Of a stretch of DNA of 64,000 nucleotides, positions 51,855-60,990 are shown one piece after another; position 1 is the first letter of the stretch; every line of letters begins with the position of its first letter. Made by a program: the position numbers and the translations under genes. This DNA comes from a virus: positions 18,889 to 82,888 of IMG/VR virus record IMGVR_UViG_3300034121_000850, one strand, 5' to 3'. The notes beneath the pieces were generated by a model that saw only the letters and a program-made list of their open reading frames with translations, had not been told where the DNA came from and searched no databases.

Positions 51855-54038
51855 TTAATTAAAATATTCATCAAATTGTCTTGAATGTTCAGGACTTGAA
51901 GCTACAACACCTGATACAAGTTCTTCTTTATAATCAAACATTCCTACTATCATTGTAGATATACGGTCAAAGTTACCCTTATTATTGAACTTAATAAGTT
52001 CACGAACTAAACCCAAATCAAATATATAGTGTAAATTTAAAATTGAATTACCATTTATATCTTTTTCTACTTCTTCAAGTAACCAATCCTTTAAATAAAT
52101 GATACCTGTTTCCTTACGTGCAGTATTAATATGTATACCCCAGTTTCTACCAGTCTTACCACTTAACTCTTTTTTCCATACAATCTCAGGTTCAGCTGCA
52201 AGATATTCTAATAGTTTATATCTCTTAGCATAAGGTATAACTTCTCCTCTATCATTTTCAAACTGTAAACCTTCATATGTATTATAGTATTCTGCTATTA
52301 AAAACAACTGTTCATTATATTCATCAGTTCTTGCAGGACGACCAGCATATGCAGCTACAATTCTATTACCTTTAGTTTTAGTAAAATTATTAGGTTTTTC
52401 AAAAACATATGTAACACCAAGTGAATCTCTTGTAGTAATATTCTCTTTAGTTTTATCTACTGCAAAAGGGTCATGCCAAACTCTATATAAATTTTTAGGA
52501 ACTACACCACCAACTTTAAAAGGAGGACTCCATTCTACAAATGCACCATTAAGGTTATCTTCGGGTTTAGTAGGGTAATGTATCAAAGGACTTACATTAG
52601 CTTCTATATTTAATCTAACTCCTGTTTTAGTTCTTACTAATAAACCTACTCTACCAAGATTATTTAATTTAACATTCTTCATTAAATGCTTTTCATGTTG
52701 TGAAAGCATCTCAACAGGAAAGATATTATTACCACTACGTTTAAAAGCTTCTGATGGACAATTAGGTTTCTCCATCATATAATCATCTAAATCCGTAGTA
52801 GATTGACTAGTTTTCTTTATTCTTTCTTTTTGTTTCTTCTCATAATCAAAAGCTTCTGATTTTAAACTATTACCATCCTTATCAATAAAACCAGGCATAT
52901 TAAGATATTGTGGAACAAAGAAACCACAATCAGTACCTTCAAAACCTTCATCCCAAATATTATTAAAAGATATACATTTATAAGTAGATGGATTATAAAA
53001 TATTTGTTCAAAGTTAGCCCAGTTAGTATCTTTACCACCACCTGTACCAAATATAAGAATCTGTCCTGTACTATAAATACCATCTTCAATAGTAGGTTGT
53101 GTAGAAGCTAATGATTGTAATAGATTAGCCCACTTACCAGCTTCTTCAAATAGTATTAAAGTTCCATCTTTACCACGAGCAGCGCCAGGTCTATTAGGCC
53201 CAAATGATACAGCTATAACTTGACTCTTATTACCTCTTTCAATTTCCGGACTATCAGTTAGCTTATAACCAATCTTAATATGGTCCATACTATCAATTAG
53301 CCTTCTCTTACTCCAATCAGTATGTTTATTAAGAAACTGTAAATAATTATCAGTCATAGACATAGTACCCTCAGGATACAGATATGCACTATCATATGCA
53401 CCTACAACAGTAATTGAATCTTTATATAAATCAGCTCTATTAGCAGCTATGAAACCATTTTTATAACTATAACCACCTCTACGTTTTTTACCTACACAAA
53501 CATTTAAACCAAGACCTCTTGCAACTTCTTTAACTGTAAAATAATAAAAATCACCATCCCAAAAATCAGGGAAAGTGATTTGTTTAGTAGCAGATAGATA
53601 AGTATTTTTTACAACTTTTTCTCCACCTGTTTCATTAAATTTACGCTTCTCAAATTTACTTTCTCTTGGGTCTTTAGTAACTTTAATTTGTCCATAATTT
53701 AAATACCCATAATGTTCCCCTGTAATATGAATCTTTTGGATTTTAGCTTCTTTACCATCATAATACAATTTACCATTTAATGTAATTCCTTCTCTTCGTT
53801 TATGTTCTTCTCTATCCCAAAAGTCTTTATAATCTTTAGAATTTTTAGGAGCTTTAGTATATACACCATGCTTCATAAAGTATTGTGCAGCTTCTGTTGC
53901 TTCTGCAGTATTAACAAAAGCAATATCCTCAAACGTAAATAGAGGTGTATCATCATTAACACTCTCTTTTAGTTTGAGGATACCATCTGCAACTCTATCA
54001 TGTATAATAGGGTTGTATATACTTTGACTTATGAACAT
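51855..54038 (-). CDS. terL: terminase large subunit
   Basis: ITGEHY.YLNY, Walker A-like KKRRGGYSY, Walker B LFEEAG, FGTGG, nuclease DPF..D, FENDRG, GNFDRIS. Confidence 0.95.
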   Translation of the reverse strand: MFISQSIYNPIIHDRVADGILKLKESVNDDTPLFTFEDIAFVNTAEATEAAQYFMKHGVYTKAPKNSKDYKDFWDREEHKRREGITLNGKLYYDGKEAKIQKIHITGEHYGYLNYGQIKVTKDPRESKFEKRKFNETGGEKVVKNTYLSATKQITFPDFWDGDFYYFTVKEVARGLGLNVCVGKKRRGGYSYKNGFIAANRADLYKDSITVVGAYDSAYLYPEGTMSMTDNYLQFLNKHTDWSKRRLIDSMDHIKIGYKLTDSPEIERGNKSQVIAVSFGPNRPGAARGKDGTLILFEEAGKWANLLQSLASTQPTIEDGIYSTGQILIFGTGGGKDTNWANFEQIFYNPSTYKCISFNNIWDEGFEGTDCGFFVPQYLNMPGFIDKDGNSLKSEAFDYEKKQKERIKKTSQSTTDLDDYMMEKPNCPSEAFKRSGNNIFPVEMLSQHEKHLMKNVKLNNLGRVGLLVRTKTGVRLNIEANVSPLIHYPTKPEDNLNGAFVEWSPPFKVGGVVPKNLYRVWHDPFAVDKTKENITTRDSLGVTYVFEKPNNFTKTKGNRIVAAYAGRPARTDEYNEQLFLIAEYYNTYEGLQFENDRGEVIPYAKRYKLLEYLAAEPEIVWKKELSGKTGRNWGIHINTARKETGIIYLKDWLLEEVEKDINGNSILNLHYIFDLGLVRELIKFNNKGNFDRISTMIVGMFDYKEELVSGVVASSPEHSRQFDEYFN

Positions 54039-54341
54039 CTATACATCACTTATATTGAGCCTTAGTTTACTAGCAAGTTTTTCATCATAAACAAGTAACA
54101 TTTGTTTATGTCCTAAGTCAATTACAATCTCTTTACTTTTAGGTCTAAAAATTGCATCTATAACTACTCTTGGACTAAAATGATATTCTTCTAATCTATA
54201 CTTTGGTTTTAATTCAGCAGGAGCATTATCTACACGATATAAAGCATCCCCACTATTTAGTCTAGCAAAGTGTTCTGTACGTTCATTATAATTTCCTTGT
54301 AATTCTGCACTATTTGCAATCACTTTTAATTGAGCTTCCAT
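54039..54341 (-). CDS. hypothetical protein
   Basis: 100-aa ORF abutting terL. Confidence 0.65.
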   Translation of the reverse strand: MEAQLKVIANSAELQGNYNERTEHFARLNSGDALYRVDNAPAELKPKYRLEEYHFSPRVVIDAIFRPKSKEIVIDLGHKQMLLVYDEKLASKLRLNISDV

Positions 54342-54375
54342 TGTCTTTAATTTTAGGTTATTTATTTGTTAATTA

Positions 54376-54834
54376 TTATACTACGTGAAAAGCATTTATT
54401 ATTTCCCAAGTTACTGCCTCTTTTCTAGCAATAGCTTCTTGTACTTTTTCTAATAGGGCTTTTTCAGCTGTACCCCATATTTTTTTATTATCAGTATTAA
54501 AAGCAACTAAAATACAACCTTCTGTATTTAAAGCTGTATTACCCCCATGTGCTCTAACACCTGCAAAAGTTACACCTTTATGATTAATAGTATAATCGTT
54601 TTGATTATACAAAAGAACCATAAGTCTTTTAAACCTTGCAGACATAGTAACTGTTACATTATACTTTAATGCAGGTATTGCAGTCATTTTAGCTATTTTA
54701 ACTCCATCAGGTCTAACAGTATCTTCTAAAGCACTGCAAAAATAAAAGCCATCAATAACAACTCTGCTAATAACGTTACGTTCTACTTCTGTAGCACCAT
54801 CATTATAAACTTCTCTGTATTGTTTAATTTCCAT
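54376..54834 (-). CDS. DUF5675 family protein (putative cell-wall peptidase/endolysin)
   Basis: FCSALED..R...KI...TAIP...Y....S.RFKR, F.GVRAHGGNT..NTEGCILV. Confidence 0.85.
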   Translation of the reverse strand: MEIKQYREVYNDGATEVERNVISRVVIDGFYFCSALEDTVRPDGVKIAKMTAIPALKYNVTVTMSARFKRLMVLLYNQNDYTINHKGVTFAGVRAHGGNTALNTEGCILVAFNTDNKKIWGTAEKALLEKVQEAIARKEAVTWEIINAFHVV

Positions 54835-55384
54835 GTCTACCGTTATTAAAATTTATTTCTACAAAACGAGTATTTGTTAAATCATCAATATGTTTCATAA
54901 CTACATCAATATCTTCTTCTTCTATTTTCAAAAATTCAGCAATATCAAAATAAGTACCAATACCTGAAAATGCAGCAAAACTTCTATCACTATCTTTAGA
55001 ACCTATCATAAGACTTCTAAGTAAAGATAGTTCTAACTTTAAAGCACAAGCATAAGCCATTCCAGGGTCAGGCTTACGACTAAAGTTTTCTTCAACATAT
55101 AAACTAAATCTATAAAATGGTTTAAAATTTGTAACCTTTTCAATCTCATTTGCAATCTTCTCTAACTTAATATTAATTTCAGATTCTCTTACTAGCCCTT
55201 TTTCAATACCTCCTTGATTAGTTACAATACAAATTCTAAATCCTTTTTTTGAAAATATTCCTAATACATCTAAAATACGTCCATTAAATTTCCAATCATT
55301 AACATCTTTAGGAAACTTATCACCACTTGCAGTAGTTATAATTGTTCCATCTAAATCTAAAAATAAACCTTTCTTACTTACCAT
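54824..55384 (-). CDS. HAD-IIIA phosphatase (polynucleotide 3'-phosphatase/GmhB-like)
   Basis: FLDLDGTII.T.SG..FP....DW, IVTNQGGI, RKPDPGM. Confidence 0.85.
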   Translation of the reverse strand: MVSKKGLFLDLDGTIITTASGDKFPKDVNDWKFNGRILDVLGIFSKKGFRICIVTNQGGIEKGLVRESEINIKLEKIANEIEKVTNFKPFYRFSLYVEENFSRKPDPGMAYACALKLELSLLRSLMIGSKDSDRSFAAFSGIGTYFDIAEFLKIEEEDIDVVMKHIDDLTNTRFVEINFNNGRHGN

Positions 55385-55404
55385 CTTATATTAATTTTAA
55401 TTAT

Positions 55405-55647
55405 TTACCATTTACCTATTGGACAAGTTTTATCTACTGCTCTTACTACTGCACTTAATGAAGGACAACCACAAAGAGTACACTTTAAATTTTTAATTGG
55501 AGTTTTATCAGGAAGATGTAAAAGAGTTTCTACTGAAAATTCACAAGGGGCACATATAGCAGCACGTTCTTCTGCCATCTTTTTAATTGCAACACTTGGA
55601 AACATATAATTTTTCCAACCATCTAATATAACTGATAACTTATCCAT
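55405..55647 (-). CDS. small Cys-rich Zn-binding protein
   Basis: R..IC..C, C..CGC, CP.GKW. Confidence 0.75.
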   Translation of the reverse strand: MDKLSVILDGWKNYMFPSVAIKKMAEERAAICAPCEFSVETLLHLPDKTPIKNLKCTLCGCPSLSAVVRAVDKTCPIGKW

Positions 55648-55648
55648 C

Positions 55649-56278
55649 TTATTCTCTATTACCTACTTCACCCCCACCCCAAACTTTAGAAGTCTTTTCA
55701 GTCAAATCTCTTAAAGCTTGTTCTACTGCTTTCTCTGTTGTATTAATAGCTTTAGGAAGTGTATCAGCAATCTCCATTAAAGCTTTTAAATCAGCAACAG
55801 CAGCTTTTGCTAATGCACGTCTTTTAACTTTATCTTCTTCAGAAGTACTACAATTTTTTAGTTCTTCTATATCAGTCATAATAGAATCTTTTAAAACATC
55901 TATTACTTGTTTTGAACCTTGTAATGTTTGCAATAATGTTCTTGCATAACTTGTAGAAACTCCACCATAAAACTTCTTACATTCAGCAATAGCACTTTGA
56001 ACAGCATCATCAGGTTTCCATTGGTCATCTAGTCCAGCAAAATGAACTCCTTCATTATGAAGAGCGTTATCATTATATCCTTGACGAATTCCAGGGCTAT
56101 TAAAATTAAACATAAACCAAACATAACGCAACTCGCTATCAGTTCTTTTTTTAAATACCCGTCCTTTCTCAACAACCCCATTATCTCTTCTAATAAGTTT
56201 TAATATTGTTGGGAGTGCTTTAAGTTCATTAATATCAAACTCAATATCTCCATCTCTATTTACATTATAAATCTGCAT
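55649..56278 (-). CDS. conserved crAss protein, candidate terminase small subunit
   Basis: L..RD, EL.YV.F.....SP, GL...WKPD..V..AI, C-terminal K..GG; upstream of terL. Confidence 0.5.
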   Translation of the reverse strand: MQIYNVNRDGDIEFDINELKALPTILKLIRRDNGVVEKGRVFKKRTDSELRYVWFMFNFNSPGIRQGYNDNALHNEGVHFAGLDDQWKPDDAVQSAIAECKKFYGGVSTSYARTLLQTLQGSKQVIDVLKDSIMTDIEELKNCSTSEEDKVKRRALAKAAVADLKALMEIADTLPKAINTTEKAVEQALRDLTEKTSKVWGGGEVGNRE

Positions 56279-56579
56279 TTTTCTTAATCTTTTTCTTAAT
56301 GAATAAAGTTACACCACTTGATGTTTTAGTAGGAACTTCAACTGTTTTAAATTTACTATTCTCCATTTTAACTGCATATACTTTATATACAGAAGGCATC
56401 AATTTTCCGAGAAAACCTAATCTAACAACAAGTCTATTAATAATAGCGTAATTAATTACAAGTCCTATTTTAATTATTATAATCTCAACTAACTCTGTTG
56501 ATATTTTATAATTAAACTTCTCCTCTACTTCTATTACAATTTCACGCACTATTCTATGAAAGATGCGATCTTTTTGCAT
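56265..56579 (-). CDS. HU/IHF-like DNA-binding protein
   Basis: Two N-terminal helices then VRLGFLGKL (HU V.L.GFG.F-like); basic. Confidence 0.55.
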   Translation of the reverse strand: MQKDRIFHRIVREIVIEVEEKFNYKISTELVEIIIIKIGLVINYAIINRLVVRLGFLGKLMPSVYKVYAVKMENSKFKTVEVPTKTSSGVTLFIKKKIKKNADL

Positions 56580-57042
56580 TATCTAAATCTATATCATTTT
56601 TAACATTAATACTAATCTGATTCAATATATGATGTTTTGCTATTGTAGTAAATACAGCTATACACTCTTTAAAGAATGTTTTAATAACTTTATCAATAGC
56701 ATTTGATTTGAAGAACTTTTCTTTACCTTCTATTTCGTGTTCACAACTAAATAGAATTAATTTTTCTTCATCTAAAGCAGTGTCTAATATAAAGAAATTA
56801 AAGACAATAACTTCTGCCATTTCAATTCCTTCACGACCTTCCCCTGCTTTTACTATAACTTTTGGACGTATCTTAACTTCAAAATCTATTGTAAATGCAA
56901 AACCACTTTTAATGTTTTCAGTGTTAATAGCATTGACAACTGCACGTAAGGCATTAATTAGACCTTTATCCGCACCATCATAATCTTTTAAAACTACACC
57001 ATCTTCAACTTTATCATAACCCTTATCTTTAATCTCACTCAT
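56554..57042 (-). CDS. hypothetical protein (first gene of the minus-strand block)
   Basis: 162-aa ORF with A-rich leader. Confidence 0.7.
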   Translation of the reverse strand: MSEIKDKGYDKVEDGVVLKDYDGADKGLINALRAVVNAINTENIKSGFAFTIDFEVKIRPKVIVKAGEGREGIEMAEVIVFNFFILDTALDEEKLILFSCEHEIEGKEKFFKSNAIDKVIKTFFKECIAVFTTIAKHHILNQISINVKNDIDLDNAKRSHLS

Positions 57043-57092
57043 AATTTTAGTTTCTTTAATATTAGTAATTTGTTTTAACCTATTGGTTTCAG

Positions 57093-57100
57093 CAAAGATA
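57093..57100 (-). promoter_or_regulatory. Bacteroidota-type -7 promoter element driving the minus-strand block
   Basis: Minus strand reads TATCTTTG(C), matching TAnnTTTG, about 50 bp upstream of the first late-block gene. Confidence 0.6.
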
Positions 57101-57231
57101 ACTAAAAAAACATAGCAACCTAATCTTTTAACAAAATTTTTTATTCACCATTAAACCACTATCATTAATGCTATTAACATTTTACCCTGTAATTATAACA
57201 ACCAACTATTATTAAAAAATGTTTATTATCA

Positions 57232-57263
57232 TTTGTATATATGGAATTCAGTTTTTATATTTA
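57232..57263 (+). promoter_or_regulatory. Bacteroidota-type promoter (-33/-7) for the plus-strand small genes
   Basis: TTTG-N20-TATATTTA(CA); one mismatch to TAnnTTTG with typical spacing. Confidence 0.55.
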
Positions 57264-57452
57264 CAGGGTTAAATACATTATTATAAATATACTAATATTA
57301 ATACTTCAAGATTTTCCTATGTCCACGCGTGTATATGCGTACATATAAAGGGCTGAAAAGCTTTATACTAATTTTAATACTATAACAGAATTAAACGCTG
57401 ATAGTACAATGCAAATAAACTCATATAACTAAAAACAACTAAATTTAATAAG

Positions 57453-58193
57453 ATGGAAAAAGACGCGTCTAATAGTACCAAAAAAGTATATTTTACAATA
57501 GAGAATAATTTAACTTATAAAGATATAATTAAATATATTTTTTTAAGAAAAAGTATTCTTAATATTGAAGCAGATATTAATACTGAATATCATATTACAA
57601 ATATGAAATTAACTTTAGAAGAATTTTATACATGGAATATATTATATACTTATATTAAAAATAAGTGGAGTAGATTTAAAAATAGAAATAATAAAAATGA
57701 TACTTGTTCATTAATGGAAGCACCAATAAAAGATTTACCCGAAAGAAGATTCTCTGATGATGTTGATGCTAAAGCACAAAAAGATAAACAAGAAAATTAT
57801 ACATCGTTTGATAATAGAATTTTAACAATAAGTCAAGCTGTTGAAGAACGTATAATACTCCCTATTAATATTCGTGCAGGAGATTTTGAATATAAGTACG
57901 CTTTCTTAAAAACATTTTATTCAGTTAAAGAAATTAATTCTGCTATAAACAATTTAATGTTAAATGCTAATAATGGAGTACATTATATTTTTGAAGTTAC
58001 AGTAGATGCTCCTGTATATCAAGAAATTGCACAACAGTTTTACTTTATAAGAATATCACCACAAAGACCTTTATCAGCTACTCCTTTAATACCTTGTTGG
58101 CATATACGTCCTAATGTTTATGTTGAACTCTATACTAATCTTAATTTACAAAAGAATGACACAACTACAACAAACAATACACAAATACAATAA
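57453..58193 (+). CDS. hypothetical protein
   Basis: 246-aa ORF. Confidence 0.7.
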   Translation: MEKDASNSTKKVYFTIENNLTYKDIIKYIFLRKSILNIEADINTEYHITNMKLTLEEFYTWNILYTYIKNKWSRFKNRNNKNDTCSLMEAPIKDLPERRFSDDVDAKAQKDKQENYTSFDNRILTISQAVEERIILPINIRAGDFEYKYAFLKTFYSVKEINSAINNLMLNANNGVHYIFEVTVDAPVYQEIAQQFYFIRISPQRPLSATPLIPCWHIRPNVYVELYTNLNLQKNDTTTTNNTQIQ

Positions 58194-58398
58194 TACACTA
58201 TTACATGAAATGTTTACTGAAATAGTAATCATAGGTAAAAGTGAAATTCCAGCAGAAGTGATATGTAGTCCTAATATGGATTTTTTATTTACATTTGCAA
58301 AATTTGAAACTACATTATGGATTAGACATTACTACTTAATATTAGAAACATTAAAAACAGAAATTCTTAAACGATACTTAAAAGGAAGAATAAAATGA
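58114..58398 (+). CDS. hypothetical protein (true start probably the ATG near 58156)
   Basis: ORF coupled to the downstream gene by ATGA overlap. Confidence 0.55.
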   Translation: MFMLNSILILIYKRMTQLQQTIHKYNNTLLHEMFTEIVIIGKSEIPAEVICSPNMDFLFTFAKFETTLWIRHYYLILETLKTEILKRYLKGRIK

Positions 58399-58712
58399 GT
58401 CAAAAGATATTATTTAAAGATTGTAAGTATCGAGAAAGATTCTATAATATAGAAGTTCATGTTGATGCTATAACTAGTAAAAATATTGAAGGTCAGAAAT
58501 TTCATAGAATAGTAGGAACTTATAAGAATGCAATATCTCAACTTGATTGTACTACATCATTATTATTTAAATGTGTAGAAGAAATGCATTGGACTATTAA
58601 TCAGTATATTGATAGAGAGTATGAAGCAGAACTTATTAAAATTTATAAAGGATTGAGTGAAGCTGAAAAGACTTTACTTAAGATTGGTTTTACAATGAAA
58701 GAAGTTAAATAA
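58395..58712 (+). CDS. hypothetical protein
   Basis: 105-aa ORF in operon. Confidence 0.7.
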   Translation: MSQKILFKDCKYRERFYNIEVHVDAITSKNIEGQKFHRIVGTYKNAISQLDCTTSLLFKCVEEMHWTINQYIDREYEAELIKIYKGLSEAEKTLLKIGFTMKEVK

Positions 58713-58727
58713 CTAAAATTAAAAATA

Positions 58728-59117
58728 ATGGAAGATACTAAAGGTAAATCTGTATTAGAACAGATACAAGAGAATAAAGAATATCAAGTATTAACTAAAG
58801 AAAAAATACTTGAAGCTTTAGAATGTTTAGCATCTAAAAAACCTTATAGAGAGCATAAAGTATTTACAAGTTGGTATGACGCTAAAGTTATAAAAGATAC
58901 AAGTGAAGATAATGCGATAGGTGGAGCTATGAGAAGTTTAATGACTGAAAAAGCTTTAAATCTTGTAATGTTAGCCATAGAAGTTGGAATAGAATTTAAA
59001 CTAAGAATAGAAGGTGATGTAGTTGCAGCATCTATTGATTTAAGTAATGAGTCTTTATGGATGAATTATGAAACAAAAACTAAATTGGACGAATATCTTA
59101 AAGAAATAAAAAGATGA
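58728..59117 (+). CDS. hypothetical protein
   Basis: 129-aa ORF with A-rich leader. Confidence 0.7.
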   Translation: MEDTKGKSVLEQIQENKEYQVLTKEKILEALECLASKKPYREHKVFTSWYDAKVIKDTSEDNAIGGAMRSLMTEKALNLVMLAIEVGIEFKLRIEGDVVAASIDLSNESLWMNYETKTKLDEYLKEIKR

Positions 59118-59356
59118 CATTAGAACAGTTTATGAAGAAGTATATGAAGTATAATCAAAATGTATCATTATATAGTTATAGTGTAGCAGAAGGTTATAAA
59201 GAGTTGAAAGTATTAGGGCAAGTATGTGCATTTCAGAATGGATACTATGGTAATTGGGAGATGTATAAAATACTAAGAGTATTAAAAGGTGATAGTAGTG
59301 GAATAGTTAGGATTGCTATTAAGAAGCCTAGAAAGAAGTTGTTTGGATTGTTTTAA
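59114..59356 (+). CDS. hypothetical protein
   Basis: 80-aa ORF, ATGA overlap. Confidence 0.65.
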   Translation: MTLEQFMKKYMKYNQNVSLYSYSVAEGYKELKVLGQVCAFQNGYYGNWEMYKILRVLKGDSSGIVRIAIKKPRKKLFGLF

Positions 59357-59391
59357 TTAAAGGTATAAGTAATAACATAAAATTAGAAATA

Positions 59392-59571
59392 ATGGAAAAA
59401 GATGAAAGAAAGTTCTTTATAATGAAGAAAAGAAGAAAGGGTTTAACTGAAATGAATAATAAGGCAGTTATTAAAGACTTTACTGATACTGAATTGATAA
59501 TAAGTAAGATGAGGAGAGCAGGTTTTAGTGCAATTCCTTATGATAGGAGTGAAAATGATGATAATGTTTAA
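59392..59571 (+). CDS. small hypothetical protein (59 aa, below ORF-track cutoff)
   Basis: MEKDERKFFIMKKRRKGLTEMNNKAVIKDFTDTELIISKMRRAGFSAIPYDRSENDDNV*, with an A-rich leader like its neighbours. Confidence 0.55.
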   Translation: MEKDERKFFIMKKRRKGLTEMNNKAVIKDFTDTELIISKMRRAGFSAIPYDRSENDDNV

Positions 59572-59730
59572 GTTATTATGTATAAAAAATATAGTAAAAA
59601 ATTTTATATAGAAAAAATTTATAAGAGAGTGTTCCACCCTGATGAAACCCCCCTCTGATTTTCGAGCGAGTTGTAGCCCCGTACCTATAACTGCTCATTT
59701 ACAATTTAAATACTTAAAAACTTAGAAAAA

Positions 59731-60429
59731 ATGGCAAAAGCTATTCCTGTTAAAGTGAGCTCTACTGTAAGAGCAATTGTTGCACTTGACGTTGACCGTG
59801 AGGTTACTAATGGTAAGGGCAACACAAGTGTATACACTCATCGTATGCACCTTAACCAATCTCCATCCTTAAATGCTGCTCATAGTGAGTTAAGCAAAGT
59901 AAAGAACGAGAATGGTAAACCTTTATCCTTTGGTTCATTGACTAGCAATGGTACATTTGCTGTTGATTTGAAGGCAGGTGAAGCTAAGCGTCTTGCTAAT
60001 ATGGCAGGAGCAATGGGTATTAATCAGCTTGTTGGTGCTTCTTATCAAGGCACTATTGTATATAGACCGAAAGGTTCTACGTATGAAACAAGAGATGGTG
60101 AAACCCTTGAAGTTGGTTCTACACACGTAGCACGTGAAGATGAACAACTTAAGCTTACTATGGAGCAACTTAATGCAATAGCTTATGCTTCTGCAATGAT
60201 TGCTTCATCTACTGCTAAGAAGGAGGATGAAGTGATTCAATCATTTGGTTTCGGCTCTATTGCTGATGCTGGTAATGATGATGATGAATCACTTGATACA
60301 GGGTTTCAAGATGGTGAAGGTGCAGATGATGATTCGCAAGAATCTGAAACACCTGAAACAACAGAAACACCTGTTGATGACTTAGCTGATGTAGTAGCCA
60401 ATAAAAAGGCTGCTAAGGCAGGTAAGTAA
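59731..60429 (+). CDS. hypothetical protein with acidic C-terminal tail (possible ssDNA-binding protein)
   Basis: 232 aa, beta-rich N-terminus, D/E-rich tail, higher GC than flanks, followed by its own hairpin. Confidence 0.8.
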   Translation: MAKAIPVKVSSTVRAIVALDVDREVTNGKGNTSVYTHRMHLNQSPSLNAAHSELSKVKNENGKPLSFGSLTSNGTFAVDLKAGEAKRLANMAGAMGINQLVGASYQGTIVYRPKGSTYETRDGETLEVGSTHVAREDEQLKLTMEQLNAIAYASAMIASSTAKKEDEVIQSFGFGSIADAGNDDDESLDTGFQDGEGADDDSQESETPETTETPVDDLADVVANKKAAKAGK

Positions 60430-60436
60430 GGAATAT

Positions 60437-60484
60437 GATGGAGGAGTGCAGGTCGGGCTGCATTCCTTCGTCATAATTCTTTTG
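60437..60484 (+). terminator. terminator-like hairpin
   Basis: GATGGAGGAGTGCAG-GTCGGG-CTGCATTCCTTCGTC followed by ATAATTCTTTT. Confidence 0.6.
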
Positions 60485-60493
60485 TAAGAAGGG

Positions 60494-60546
60494 ATATCGA
60501 CAGAAAATGTCGATGTTTTAATAATATCGACAGAAGATTGTCGATA
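60494..60546. repeat. tandem pair of palindromes ATCGACA-N5/6-TGTCGAT
   Basis: Copies at 60496-60514 and 60525-60546, about 30 bp apart. Confidence 0.85.
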
Positions 60547-60677
60547 AAGGTAGACGGCATAAATAATTGGCTTAAATAGTTGAAAATATACTATTCGCAC
60601 CAGTTTAAATCGCTGCTCCAAAACTTGGTGTTAACAAAATTACAAGCGAAATTATAACTCAAATAACAACTGTAATC

Positions 60678-60911
60678 ATGGATGCTAATACAATTACACT
60701 AAAAATTAAAAGTAGTAAAGTTATGATTCATAATCATACTCTTCATGCTACGAGAGTAAAACATTGCGCAACGCATTCTATAAGTGATGAATTTAAATCA
60801 CAATATAGTCAAGTGTATTCAGTTGCTTGTCAGCAAATAAATGATGCCCTTATGCGTCAATATCAGCTTGAAATGTTATTATTTAAAGAACATCAAGATG
60901 ATATCAGGTAG
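60678..60911 (+). CDS. hypothetical protein
   Basis: 77-aa ORF with A-rich leader. Confidence 0.55.
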   Translation: MDANTITLKIKSSKVMIHNHTLHATRVKHCATHSISDEFKSQYSQVYSVACQQINDALMRQYQLEMLLFKEHQDDIR

Positions 60912-60990
60912 TGGATTACTAATAATCCTTGTTGTTATTGCAGTTGTTATAGTAGCTGAACAACGATACAAGGGAAGAAGAGGTTGGTAG
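60898..60990 (+). CDS. small single-pass membrane peptide (30 aa)
   Basis: MISGSGLLIILVVIAVVIVAEQRYKGRRGW*, overlapping the end of the previous ORF. Confidence 0.4.
   Translation: MISGSGLLIILVVIAVVIVAEQRYKGRRGW

Noticed and set aside
6107-53111. Short ORFs from the track that overlap the long minus-strand genes (e.g. 6107, 10839, 17272, 20584, 22900, 46500, 50399, 34909, 38163, 52862)
   Set aside because: Antisense or out-of-frame shadows of well-supported genes, with no recognisable motifs.
9579-54038. Inteins or group I introns in RNAP, MCP, portal or TerL
   Set aside because: Reading frames are uninterrupted, MCP, portal and TerL have normal lengths, and no intein termini or homing endonuclease motifs were noticed.
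59638-59670. Hammerhead ribozyme suggested by CTGATGA
   Set aside because: No stem II followed by a correctly placed GAAA, and no stem I/III partner found.
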